Source: Paraspadella gotoi
Taxonomy: Eukaryota > Animalia > Chaetognatha
Assembly (NCBI GenBank): GCA_051294375.1
Contig: CM119270.1
Coordinates: 14,330,323-14,394,322, forward strand
Length of the DNA: 64,000 bases
Direction: 5' to 3'
Below the pieces are notes generated by a model. It worked only from the letters and a program-made list of their open reading frames with translations. It ran no database searches and had not been told where the DNA came from. Positions 13,477 to 25,285 of the stretch are shown piece by piece. A program made the translations under genes and the position numbers. The first letter of the stretch is position 1. Each line of letters begins with the position of its first letter.

Positions 13477-16110
13477 CGACGACGACGATGACGACGACGA
13501 CGATGACGACAACGACGACGATGACGACGACAACGACGATGTCTACGACACTCAAGAAGACGACGACGACTATGAAGATGATAAAGCTAGAAAGACGAGG
13601 ACGATGACGTCGGCGACGATTACGAAAAAAAAAAGAGGGCCGGAGAAACACCTTGTTTACTCGCGCCATCTAACAAAAATGCAGGTGGATAAACACGAAA
13701 ACAAAAGGGAAGCAAAAAAAAAAAATGAAAAGAGAAAAATTGAGATAAACTATTGGGAGAAGAAAAAAAACTGTGTGTGGCCCGAGAGAGCAGAGGCGAT
13801 GATTTTGTGTGCGGTGAAGAGTGAAAACCAACGGATTAGGTGGATAGACGTGTCCTACTAATATTTTAAGAGTTTAAGAGGAAGAGAGGAGATCCTTCTC
13901 TTAAGCCCTTATCTATTGCCACTTTCTTGGCGCGTATATATCGCGTTGCTCCATTTCCGCACTTTCTCCTTCCCGTCTTTCTCCGTGTCTTCCTTTCCTC
14001 GCCTTCGCTGTTATCTTTCCCTGCCGCTCGATTCCATTTCTCTATACCATATCTCAAGTCTTGACAAATCAAAGAATATGTAAGCGAAGGTGTGTGCTCA
14101 AATTCCTCACTAGTTGTTTTTTTTTGCTCTCTTGAAACGCGAATCTCGGCGAGGATAGTGAACCAGATCGATGTCCCTTCGCTCTTGCCCTCTTCTCCTT
14201 CTTTTACTCGCTGACGTTTCTGACTCGTGGGGCCGTGTGTGAGAGCGCGCGCGGGTATTGAGTGCATAAGTGAAGTCTGTTTAATGGGCGGTAGAGGATT
14301 TTTGTTTTTGTTCTAATTTTTTGTTTTCAAAATAGTATAAAACGCGCATTGTCCTGTGGAAAATTTAATTGAGATAGGGAACAAAAAACTCGTAATTTCT
14401 CGAATAACTGATCTTTAACATTATTGTCAGAAACACTTAACGGAGGGAAATTGAATGTTGTTTGGATAGACTTTTTTCATTCTTGTTTTTTTTAAGTGAT
14501 TGGTGGCTCACTTTCTTCCGACTTCTTCCTTCTTACTGGCTCTGTTTTCTCTCTTTCATTCACTTGGTATATCTCTCTCTTCCTCTCCTCGTACTCTTCA
14601 TGTCTTCTCTCCGGTCTTCGGTCTCTCTCTCTCTCTTCAGCTCGTCTCAGTGCCTCTCTCTCTGCGTGCGGTCTCGCGTTCTCTGCGGGTCTCTCTCTTC
14701 GGGTAGTGATGATCGCATCCGAGGCCGAAATAATTTCTCTCTGTCGCTCGTTCGGTCAGTTATGTAGGGAGGCGTCAGTAGATCCTATGCCAACCTGTCG
14801 CAAGAGAGCGCATTATGATGATGGGGGCGGAGAAGGAAAAATGGAGACGATAGAATATGGCGGATACTGTTAGCCGCATTTTTTTTTACCGAGAGGATTG
14901 TGGAGAGGGGTGGGAGGGGGGGAAAAGGATTGAGGGATGAAGTGAAAGGCATGGACGGGGGGGGAAAATATGGAATAGCGAGAGATTTAAGTTTGGGAAT
15001 GTTATTGGAAAAATTTTATATTTGGTGGTTTCGATTATGGAATTGAAATTATTAAGATAATATTAAAATGAATAAGCATGAGAAAAAGTGAGGTCCGATT
15101 AAGCGAGTAGTGTAAGAACCGGATCGCGAAGGTTAGAGTAAAATAGTTAAATTAAATTTTAAAGGCTTCTAGCGTTTAATAAGATTTATCAATTTTAGAG
15201 GAATAGATGCATTTAAAAGACTAATGAAGGTGGTGCGGACATAATGTATTGCGGGTGAGGCGAGTCAAGATTGCGGAAGAGTAAGAAGTGCTAGTTTGGG
15301 TCGAATGATGTGAAGACCTGTGAGTAGGGATGAGTGACTATCACGACTGTGAGAGAGAAAGGAGAGAGACCGAGAGGGAGAGGAGAAGCATGACAGAGAG
15401 AAGAGAGGAGAGAGAGAGAGAGAGAGAGCAGAAGAATGAGAGAACGAGAGGAGAGAGAGAGATGAAGCTGGAGAAAGTAAATGAAGCTTTTTAACGAGGA
15501 AAAAAAAAAGGAGCAAGGTCTAAATGCCGGAATTGAAGAGGACGAGAGACAGAAACCGGCATGCTCGCGCGTTTTTTTGGTGCGAGCGCACGACGTATGA
15601 CGACGATCGACGATGACGACAGACGATCGACGAGATGACGACGACAACGAGACGATGTCTAGCGACACTCAAGAAGACACGACGACATATGAAGATGATA
15701 AAAGCTAGGAAAAAAGACGAGGAACGATGAACGTCGGGCGACGATGTACGAAAAAAAAAAAAAGAAGAAGTAGGAGGTGGTAGGCCGGGAGGAAACAGCG
15801 CGTTGGTGGTGTTGACGTCGAGAGCGAGATGTCTAGTAACGAAAGTAATGGTCGAGGTGATAAGCACAGCGGAAACAAAAGGAGTGGGGTCGCATATGGG
15901 CGAAGGCAACAGAGAAAAAAAATATGAGAGGAAAGCAGAAAAATTGAGATGAAACTATTGGGGAGACAGCAAAGAAATCTGGGTGGTGGTGGCCCGGCGG
16001 AAGAAGAGCAGAGGCGATGATGTGTTGGTGGTGGGCGGTGGAAGAGGTGAAAGACCAAACGGATTAAGGTGAGTAAGACGTGTTCCGTACTAATATTTTT
16101 AAGAGTTTTG
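13477..16110 (+). repeat. Direct duplication: ~13477-13875 and an insertion-rich copy at ~15590-16110
   Basis: Shared anchors gacactcaagaagac, tatgaagatgataaagctag, gagcagaggcgatgat, cggatta(a)ggtg and tactaatattttaagagttt. The pair lies between 25-N gaps at 13452-13476 and 16302-16326. Confidence 0.85.
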
Positions 16111-16221
16111 TCGAAGATACTTAAAAGTTTAAAAACATTTCTGGGGTCATGCAGATTTTAGCTTCTGCAGTGTGAGAAGAGCAGTTGAGAGAGAGAGAGA
16201 GAGCAGAGAGAGCAGAGAGAT

Positions 16222-16254
<33 letters not shown>

Positions 16255-17187
16255 GAGAGGAGAGAGAGATTTAAATGAAAACAAATGGAGGGGAAACCGC
16301 ANNNNNNNNNNNNNNNNNNNNNNNNNGTTTTTCCGAAAGAATATTTAAAAAAAAAGGTTTAACAAACATTAATCGCATCGGATCCAGGATTAAGGTTCTG
16401 CCTTTTGAGGCGCTAGTGGTCAGGAAAAAGAGGGGAACAACCTCTCTCTCTCCCACTCTCTACCGCTCTCTCTCTCTCTCCCTCTCTCTTCCCCGAAAAA
16501 CAAAGGAACGTCTTCATCTGCCCAAGGACGTGACCTCGACAAAGGAGCCATTCACCGGGTCGCGAGTTCGATTCTCGACGTGGAATCGAAAAGATGCGAG
16601 AAACAGAGATGGAGGTAAGAGGGTGAGGGTGAGGGTGAGGGGGTGAGGGGGTGATGGCGAATTGAAAAAAAAAGGCAAAATAAGGAAGAAACAATTTTTT
16701 TTAATTCCAAAATATTCGACACTTCAAAAGGTTCGCGCCTCTTTAAAGAAATTCCCTTTGAGAAAATGGAAATCCGATTCGTCTGACTTTTTCAATAAAA
16801 TTTTCGACTTTTTAGACGAAAGAAAAATATTATTTATTAAATTATTATTATTATTATTATTATTTATTAAATGAATGGATAATTTTTATATTGGTTGTAC
16901 CGATTTCATATAATATGGAAATTACTAAACATTTTTTAAAAAGTATGGTACTATAATAGTAAGTACGTGATAGTTTAATGATGTGAAATTCAGCTCATCG
17001 CTGCATCTATGTTTTGAAAAGCGAATAAAAAATGTTCTGAGCTCGTAATATTTATTTCAAATAAACAAAACTGAAATCTCTATTGTCAGAGATGGCACAG
17101 AATTTAATTAAAACGAATGGAGCTAAATTAAAAGAAGAAAGTAAATATTTTGAGCCAAAGAGAGGAAATGCCTAAAAGGAGACAATA

Positions 17188-17252
<65 letters not shown>

Positions 17253-18811
17253 AAAAGAAAGAGTGAGATGCTATTTTGTTTGATCGCGTCTCGGAATGAA
17301 TCGAAAAGACTTTCAGGTTTTTTCCCGCGTTTGAAGTTTTCATTTAAAAAGGGAAAAAAGGACTTTGTTATCACAATGATGCTTTTTACGTGAAGCGGCA
17401 AAGTTTTATCTGTTAAAGAGGAAACGGGTGAGCGAAAGTGAGTTTTATTTTGTCGTGTGAAAAAATTATACAGAATTTACAATTATATATATATGGATCG
17501 TGGGTGCGAGTTCATTCTCCTCCATTTCGTACCCGTTGTTCGAATGTGTTTGTGTGAAATGTGCGCGCGAGTTATTTACTTTACACCAGATGGCGATTCC
17601 AAAGAGAAAATCTGTTTCACTTCGCACACACGAAAATGAGAAAACCTCCCAAATAATGAAAAATTTGTTTTCTTTTTTTTTTCTTTTTTTTTTCTTTTTT
17701 ATTTCCATCCCGCTTATAGTCTCGTCTTTTTTTTGAGATTTTCATTGTCCTGACTGCTACGTGATTATGGATCGAGTTGAGAATGAGAAGGCAAGAAAGA
17801 GCGTCAGAGTCAGGGTAAAAAATTGAGATAGAGATAACGAAAATGAAAAAAAAGGGGTAAAGTCATTATATTAATACTATTTTAGACTTTTTTCTCGAGA
17901 TGGCATATCCTTAAATATAATTTGCATATTGGAGTATTTGCGAAATAGAATGCTTGGAAGATTTTAGTTTAAAGGATTTATATAACTGTAGTCCAGTCAA
18001 CTATAGATAAGTCGTATTGACTTACTCTGAGTTGCCTTGTACATAATAATGACCTGTCGTTCTCTAAAGGTCACAGTGAATTTTTCACGTGATGTATATT
18101 ATAATCTGGCAAATAGGTGGTCGACGACGAAAATGACAACGATGGCGTCTGCAAACTTTCCTTCAAACCATGAGCTAATGTTTTCGTTATTTGCTCTGCG
18201 TTCATCACGCAGCCGAAGCTATGGGGAAGGTGCCGACGGGAAGCTCAGCGGCTGCCGGAAATTTCGAGGGTAATTGAGGTAAACACCGACGGGGTGAGTA
18301 GTCAAACAATTTAACTTATCCTAGTTTTCTCTCGTTGTAAGAGTTTTGAAATTTAGGAAGCTTCAGTGAAATTTANNNNNNNNNNNNNNNNNNNNNNNNN
18401 NNNNNNNNNNNNNNNNNNNNNNNNNNNNNNNNNNNNNNNNNNNNNNNNNNNNNNNNNNNNNNNNNNNNNNNNNNNNNNNNNNNNNNNNNNNNNNNNNNNN
18501 NNNNNNNNNNNNNNNNNNNNNNNNNNNNNNNNNNNNNNNNNNNNNNNNNNNNNNNNNNNNNNNNNNNNNNNNNNNNNNNNNNNNNNNNNNNNNNNNNNNN
18601 NNNNNNNNNNNNNNNNNNNNNNNNNNNNNNNNNNNNNNNNNNNNNNNNNNNNNNNNNNNNNNNNNNNNNNNNNNNNNNNNNNNNNNNNNNNNNNNNNNNN
18701 NNNNNNNNNNCGTTGTTTTTCCATCGTTTGCGCGCAGAGGGGCGGCCTCCGCCGCAGCGCCGCCGCTCTGCAGCAGAGGCAACAACATGAATGCGACGGA
18801 AAAAAAGAGAG

Positions 18812-18820
18812 AAAGAAGGA

Positions 18821-18908
<88 letters not shown>
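18812..18908. repeat. (AAAG)n tetranucleotide microsatellite (others 17190-17252, 35925-36025, 46240-46335)
   Basis: Read directly. Confidence 0.95.
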
Positions 18909-19334
18909 AAAGATAAAAATAAAGAAAGAAACAGGAGAAGAAAGAATAAAATATATTTGGCTCAAATGAAAAAAAAACAAGGAGAGGAAATAGCGAAGTC
19001 GGGGTGGCGGGGGAATTCGTCATCAAGCCAGATCGAAGCAGACAGATGAGAACGGAAGACAATAACTAAAGTTTCAATTACAAAAAGTTAAGAACTGACA
19101 ACCAAAACTGAAAAATTGTAAAATATAATACGTAATACAAAATTTAAAAAAAAAGTAAAAACATTAATTTTTTAACCTCTTTAAGACTACAAAAAAATAA
19201 TCAAAAATCGAAATGTACTGACTGATTAACGGAAGCTTTCAAGTCAAACAGACAGACGAACAACGAATCGGCCGAAGACGAACGAAGGCGAGAGTCAAAG
19301 GAGATAAACATCCGGTGCCAATTCGGCCTGGCAG

Positions 19335-20094
19335 AGAGATTCTCTTTAACCAGATTTTCTGGTTCCTCTTTTACATTAACGAAGAATCGTATGGACAACA
19401 CGATCGGACACCATGGGCTCACGGCGGTCAGATCCGACGCCCTCGGGGGGCAAGGGGGGAAAGACAGAGACCCCGGCGTTGGCTGCGTCGGTGGCGGCGG
19501 TGGCGGCGGTGGCGGCGGCGGCGGCGGCAGCGGCAGTTAATTCGATAAATGCGTCCGAATAAATCGAATCAATAGCGTAAACACTGAAGAAGCTTTGCCA
19601 AAAAAAAAGGGAGAATAGGACGAAGCAGCTGTTTTTTATTTTGGTGAGAGTGAGTGAAAGCGGGTAAGTTGTAATATGAAAGTAAAGTCAGGGAGGGTGA
19701 TGTGGTTTCGTTTTTAAAAGAGATAAAATAAATCGATATTGCTAGTACCATTACCAAACCATTTTAACGATTATTATCACGCATTTAAATTAACCAAACA
19801 AACCGCAAAGAAATCTCGGAAAAACGAAGACTAATTGAATGCTCAAACGTGAAATGCGCAAATTAGCCAGACTCGCTGGAGCCAAACTTTGTCGATCGAC
19901 ACCCCCCTTTCAATTGGCTTCACCATATTCGTCACCACCAAACTACCCAGACAAACAAGAAGAAAAGACAACAAAAGCAAAGCGTTGAAATTAAAAGGGG
20001 AAAAAGTGAGAAGGAGAGAGGAGAGAGTGAGAGAGTGAGAGAGAGAGGAAAGGGCTGAGAATGTGAAAGTGTGGAACGAAAGACTTTCCATTCA

Positions 20095-20157
<63 letters not shown>

Positions 20158-20280
20158 CTCTCTTCACACACAAGCTTTTTTTTTCTTCCCGTCAATAATA
20201 GGACCAGAATTATTGAAAAAAAGGCTGCCCTCCGATTTACGAATTTTATAGCGAAAATTTTAAGCCTCCCTCATTCTCTC

Positions 20281-20364
<84 letters not shown>

Positions 20365-21111
20365 TCTATCACTCTCCTCTCTCTCTCCTCTCTCTTAGTG
20401 AACGATCGCCAGGAGGTTTTTCCCCTTTTAATTTCAACGCTCTTGCTTTTTTGTTGTCTTTTTTCTTGTTGTCTGGGGTAGTTTGGGTGTGTGACGAATA
20501 TGGTGAAGCCAAATTGAAAGGGGTGTCGATCGACAAAGTTTGCTCCAGCGCGATGTCTGGCTGAATTTCCAGTTATACGCGTTTGCGGGATTTCATTCAA
20601 TTAAGTCCTTCGGTCTTTTCCGAAGATTTCTTTTGCGGTTTGTTTCGAGTTAATTTAAATGCGTGAAATAATCTTTAAATGAGTTTGGTTATGCGTACTA
20701 GCAAATATCGATTTACTTGATTATCTCTTTTAAAACAAACCACATCACCCTCCCTGAACTTTACTTTGCATATTTACAACTTACCCGCTTTCACTCACTC
20801 TCACGCAAATAAAAAACAGTCTGCTTCGTCCTATTTACCTCCCTTTTTCTTCCTTGGCTATTACGCTTCCCTTCAGTTGTTTACGCTATTAGATTTACTT
20901 GGACAACATTATTCGAGCATAATTCATGCAGTATACCGCCCGCTGCCCCGACCGCCGCCACCGCCGCCACCGACCTTACGCAGCCAACCGTCGGGTCTCT
21001 GTCTTTTCCCCCTTGCCTCCCCGAGGGGTCGGATCTGACCGCCCGTGGAGGCCCATGTGTCCGATCGTTTGTCATACGATTCTTCGCTTATGTAAAAGAG
21101 ATCTTCTCTCT
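19335..21111. repeat. Inverted duplication: ~19335-20005 and an indel-rich reverse-complement copy at ~20417-21111
   Basis: For example ggagccaaactttgtcgatcgacacccccctttcaattggcttcaccatattcgtcac versus gtgacgaatatggtgaagccaaattgaaaggggtgtcgatcgacaaagtttgctccagcg. The second copy ends at a 25-N gap. Confidence 0.9.
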
Positions 21112-22112
21112 NNNNNNNNNNNNNNNNNNNNNNNNNTCTCTCTCTCTCTCACTCTCTCCCTCTCTCCTTTTTGCCCGGAATGGCCCTTTGTTGTTTTAAC
21201 TGCCACCGTTGTTTTTGTTGTTGCGAAATGTCGAGTTCTGCTGTTGTTGTTTTTATTGTTGTTGTTGTCGTCGTCGTTGTCGCGCGTTTTTTTTTTCTGC
21301 GCGGTTCGTGATTTTGATATCGATTAGCCTCAGCTGTGTGATTTTTTCATTATCGACACGGTGAACGACAACGACGTCGTTATTGTCGTCGTCATCGTCG
21401 TCGTCGTCGTCGTCGTCTTCGTCGTATTCTAATTAACGTTGTTTTTATACGTACGATTGCTTATTACAAAAGCCCTCATTGATATTTCTCAAATAAGTAG
21501 TTCCTTATTTTTCCAGATTTCCTCGCTCAATTTAGATTTAGTTTTAAACTTGGTTTTCCAGCCCTCCCTAAAACGGCGATTCCTTCTTTAAAAAATGTCT
21601 GAAACAGCCAAAACAAGCCCAATTAACGAAAGAAACTTTCAAATAGACTTTGTACTAAGAAAAAATAATAATAATACAAAAGCAAGCAAAGAAAGTTAAA
21701 AAAGATTAAAAAAAAGTTAAAATAAAGAAAGATATTCGCTGATCTTTTTTTGTTTACCATTCGTTTACGATTTTGTAAACAAAACTCGTCCATGCCTTCG
21801 CCCTTTGAAAAATTATGGACGCAATTTTTTTTCGAACTTTGTCAAATAAAAATTTATTTTTTTCTCGTCGATTATTTATGAGATCAATCGAAAAAACACT
21901 CGAGATCGAAAAAGAGGGGGGGGGGAGTTGATGGTGATGTCAGTTGTGATGTCGTTGTCAGTCGTGATGTCAGAGATGTTGTCAGTAATAGGGATAATTG
22001 AGGTGCATAGTACGTTATGTTTAGGCTTAGAAGCAACCGTATTACCCATTGAATTAGGCTTTAAAAACTGAGGGAACTGAACTTTTTCAACAAATTTCTT
22101 TTACGCAGTCAG

Positions 22113-22261
22113 AAAAATGTACAAATGAAAAAATTTAAAAATGTAAATATGTAAAAATGTAAAAATGTAAAAATGTAAAAATGTAAAAATGTAAATATGT
22201 AAAAATGTAAAAATGTAAATATGTAAACATGTAAATATGTAAATATATAAAAATGTAAAAA
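22113..22261. repeat. 8-bp minisatellite (AAAAATGT / AAATATGT), about 18 units, immediately inside the intron after the exon donor
   Basis: Read directly: aaaatgtaaatatgtaaaaatgtaaaaatgt... ending about 5 nt from the GT donor at 22266-22265. Confidence 0.9.
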
Positions 22262-22266
22262 CTCAC

Positions 22267-22455
22267 CGGAAGCGAGCCGTTGTTGCAGGCCAAGGCCCTG
22301 AACGAGCAAATACTGTCGTTGCTGCAGCTGAATCTGCTGCACTAACTGTTGCTGGTGTAGGGCGAGTTGCTGCAGCTGTAATTGAAGCTGCTTGGAGCTG
22401 GACTTGGTTTTTTCAATGGCGGCGGACATAGCCTCACCTCTTTCCTTTTGGTCTC
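22267..22455 (-). CDS. FoxP: Next internal coding exon of the same probable FoxP-family gene: (G)DQKERGEAMSAAIEKTKSSSKQLQLQLQQLALHQQQLVQQIQLQQRQYLLVQGLGLQQRLAS(G)
   Basis: The minus strand has acceptor ctctcctttttcag|gagac and donor tccg|gtgagt. The exon is 189 nt, phase 1 in and out. The G ending the previous exon plus GA gives Gly and keeps the frame across an 872-nt GT-AG intron. QLQQLALHQQQLVQQIQLQQRQYLL parallels the FoxP motif (vertebrate [22 protein letters not shown], from memory). Confidence 0.75.
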
Positions 22456-22561
22456 CTGAAAAAGGAGAGAAAGGGTAAGTATAATCTATCAGCATGTTTG
22501 ATAATAATACATTAACCATAAATTATCTTAAAATTCAATCCATCAATTTTATGATCCGTAT

Positions 22562-22636
<75 letters not shown>

Positions 22637-23327
22637 TTTTTCCCTTCAACGATCAATGGGTGTGTTGTTTATGTTTCTTATTTGTTTGTTCAACACCCAC
22701 ATTCGAAGTCGCGAAATTTTTTGAACCGCTGACTTTTTTTGTTTTCTTTTATATCGAAACCGGTCGAAAAAAAAAAATCCCGTTGTTGATTTTCGGATAT
22801 ATTAATTGGACGAAAGTGAATGAAATAGTGATATTTCACATACATTTATTATATAAAAAAACAAAATTAATATTAGCTCTTTTTATCGAGCGAAAAAAAA
22901 TATAGAATTCGTTACGTATTTTGTTCTTTTGTTTTTGTTTTTATTATTTGTCTATTTTTTTTTTTCGCTGAAAAGAAATAACGAGCGGCGTTGATCAATA
23001 TTGATACCGCGGACAGCGACCGCTACGTTGGCCGCAGAAAAACCGAGTATTAGTCAATACTCAATACATACGATTCGGTTATTGACTGACAAACGATTTC
23101 GAAAATAAGAAGCCAAAGTTAAAAACAATATAATTCGTAGTATAGCTAAGATTTGTTTGCGGTAAAATTACTCGCATTATATATATGTTAAAGTTTTTCT
23201 GCTTGTGGTATCTGTGAAGAAATTTTTAAAAGTTTTGTTTAATTTCTTATTTAAAATATATTTTTTTAAAAATGTTAGTTAATTTTTTGTTCCTTGTTCG
23301 TAGGTTTCTCCTGAGCTATCGCCTTAC

Positions 23328-23478
23328 CTGAAGGTGAGTTGGGACGGCTGGACTCGCGTTGCAGAGACTCCAACTTCTGCTGTTGCTGCTGTTGTTGTTG
23401 CATCAACTGCGACTGTTGCAGGATGTTAAGTTGCAACTGCTCTTGCAACTGCTTCAAGATTTGCTCGTGCATGTTTTG
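23328..23478 (-). CDS. FoxP: Internal coding exon of a probable FoxP-family transcription factor (Q-rich N-terminal region): QNMHEQILKQLQEQLQLNILQQSQLMQQQQQQQQKLESLQRESSRPNSPS(G)
   Basis: The minus strand has a polypyrimidine acceptor (ttttttcctttccag|caaaacatg) and donor tcag|gtaagg. The exon is 151 nt, phase 0 in and phase 1 out, with no stops. The polyQ uses mixed CAA/CAG codons. LQEQLQLNILQQSQLMQQ resembles, from memory, the invertebrate FoxP Q-rich region. No forkhead domain is visible in the window, so the family call is less certain than the exon call. Confidence 0.72.
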
Positions 23479-24769
23479 CTGGAAAGGAAAAAAAAAGGAG
23501 AGAAAATTAATTTTAAGAAATCAATTTAAACGGGTTTCATTTTGAGTTAGATCAGCAATGAAGACGGAAAGACGTTTGACTATAATTTCAAACAACGATT
23601 TGAACCAAAATTGTAAAACATGTAAAATTAAAACAATTCCAATTCATTGGGTCGAGCCTTATAGAATCTGTCGAACCAAATCGGAAAGCAAAAACGCCAG
23701 TCACGGATTCCAGGACAAAAAAAAAAAACTAATCAAAAGTCAGAAATTATCACGAAACACGGAAAGTCGTGAATCTCTCGCAACATTTCGTGACGAAAGC
23801 CTCGTCATTAAAGACGCTTTGTCATCGCGGAATTCCCCTCGAGTCACGGTTACGCTGGGTGACAGGTTCGGACTCGTCAACGACGGACGCGTTACAGAGA
23901 GGCGTGACTCTGGACGTGATCGGATGAGATTCGGTCGACGAAAACTCGATTCGATTAGCGAGGGACGAAAACGACAATTGGCGATGAGTCACACGGAGCT
24001 TGAGAATCACGGATCGAGAAATGGCGGTCATCGCGAATATTAGAAACGATACTACAGAAAATAAGTGACATATATGAATTTAAAACATGAACATTATTAT
24101 ACAATTACTGTGATATGAATAAAAAAATCATGTTTATCAAAAGAAATCTAACAATCACCTTCAAAGACAAAGAGTTTTATCGTTGGATAAACGATTCACC
24201 GACTTCTTTTCACAATCCTGGGAATTTCGATCGCGGGGAAAGTCACGACTCACGACGGAAGTCGCTCATCAACTATCGGGGGTTCGATCCGTAAGAAATC
24301 TATTAAATCGGTGCAACGAAAATAGCAGTTACGATTTCCTTAAGGCAACGAAATAAGCAAATGATAGGGGATCGATTAGTCTTAGCGATAATGGAATTGC
24401 GACATGGACGTGAAGAGTCGTTTTGGACAAAGATGTTGAATGCGATGAAAGTTAAGTGAGTTTGACAATGAACTTTTTTTTTTGATAACAAACTAAATTT
24501 CGTTGAGGGCTAAGGAGAAAGATTGACATAAGAACGAAAAACGTTCGCAACGAAATTAAGAGGAAAAATCGACGATTGGAACCGAATTAATGCGGAACGA
24601 GTTTCATTCTCTTTTCGTGTCCCTTATGTTTCTTTCTTTCTTTTTTTTTAATTTTTTTTTTTCGATTCCGACTCACGAAGCGCCGGTTTCGAGACCGAGA
24701 CCCAGTTTCACTCGTTAAAAAAAACACGAAAAGCGAGACAGACGGAGAGAGAGATAATCGAGGTTTTAT

Positions 24770-24884
<115 letters not shown>

Positions 24885-25187
24885 CGCGGGGGAAAAATCG
24901 GATTCGCAAAAACAAGAGAGCTTCGCCGTTTGAATTTAAGACATTTTACTAGCGAGACACCGAGCGAGCGAGAGACGTAGAAAAAGAGAGAGAGTGAGAG
25001 AATTTGTTTACATAAAACAAAACAAAATAGGAGAAGGCAGAAGATATGAAGGATGAAGGAGGAAGAGGAAGAGGAGGAGGTGAAAGGAAGAGGCATTCTT
25101 TTTTTTTTCTTTTTGAAAAAATATACGAAGATTTAAAACGTGAAATGCGATAAAGGATCGAATTTGGTCGAGAGACGATAAAACAAT

Positions 25188-25225
<38 letters not shown>

Positions 25226-25241
25226 AGAGGAGAAGAGAGAG

Positions 25242-25285
<44 letters not shown>

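Noticed and set aside
13316-13861. 181-aa acidic ORF
   Set aside because: It spans a 25-N gap, joins a noisy read-like segment to a (GAC/GAT)n tract, and is not preserved in the duplicate at 15590-16110.
23558-24043. 161-aa plus-strand ORF
   Set aside because: No domain similarity I can recognise, it includes a poly-A-derived lysine run, and it is antisense within the inferred intron.
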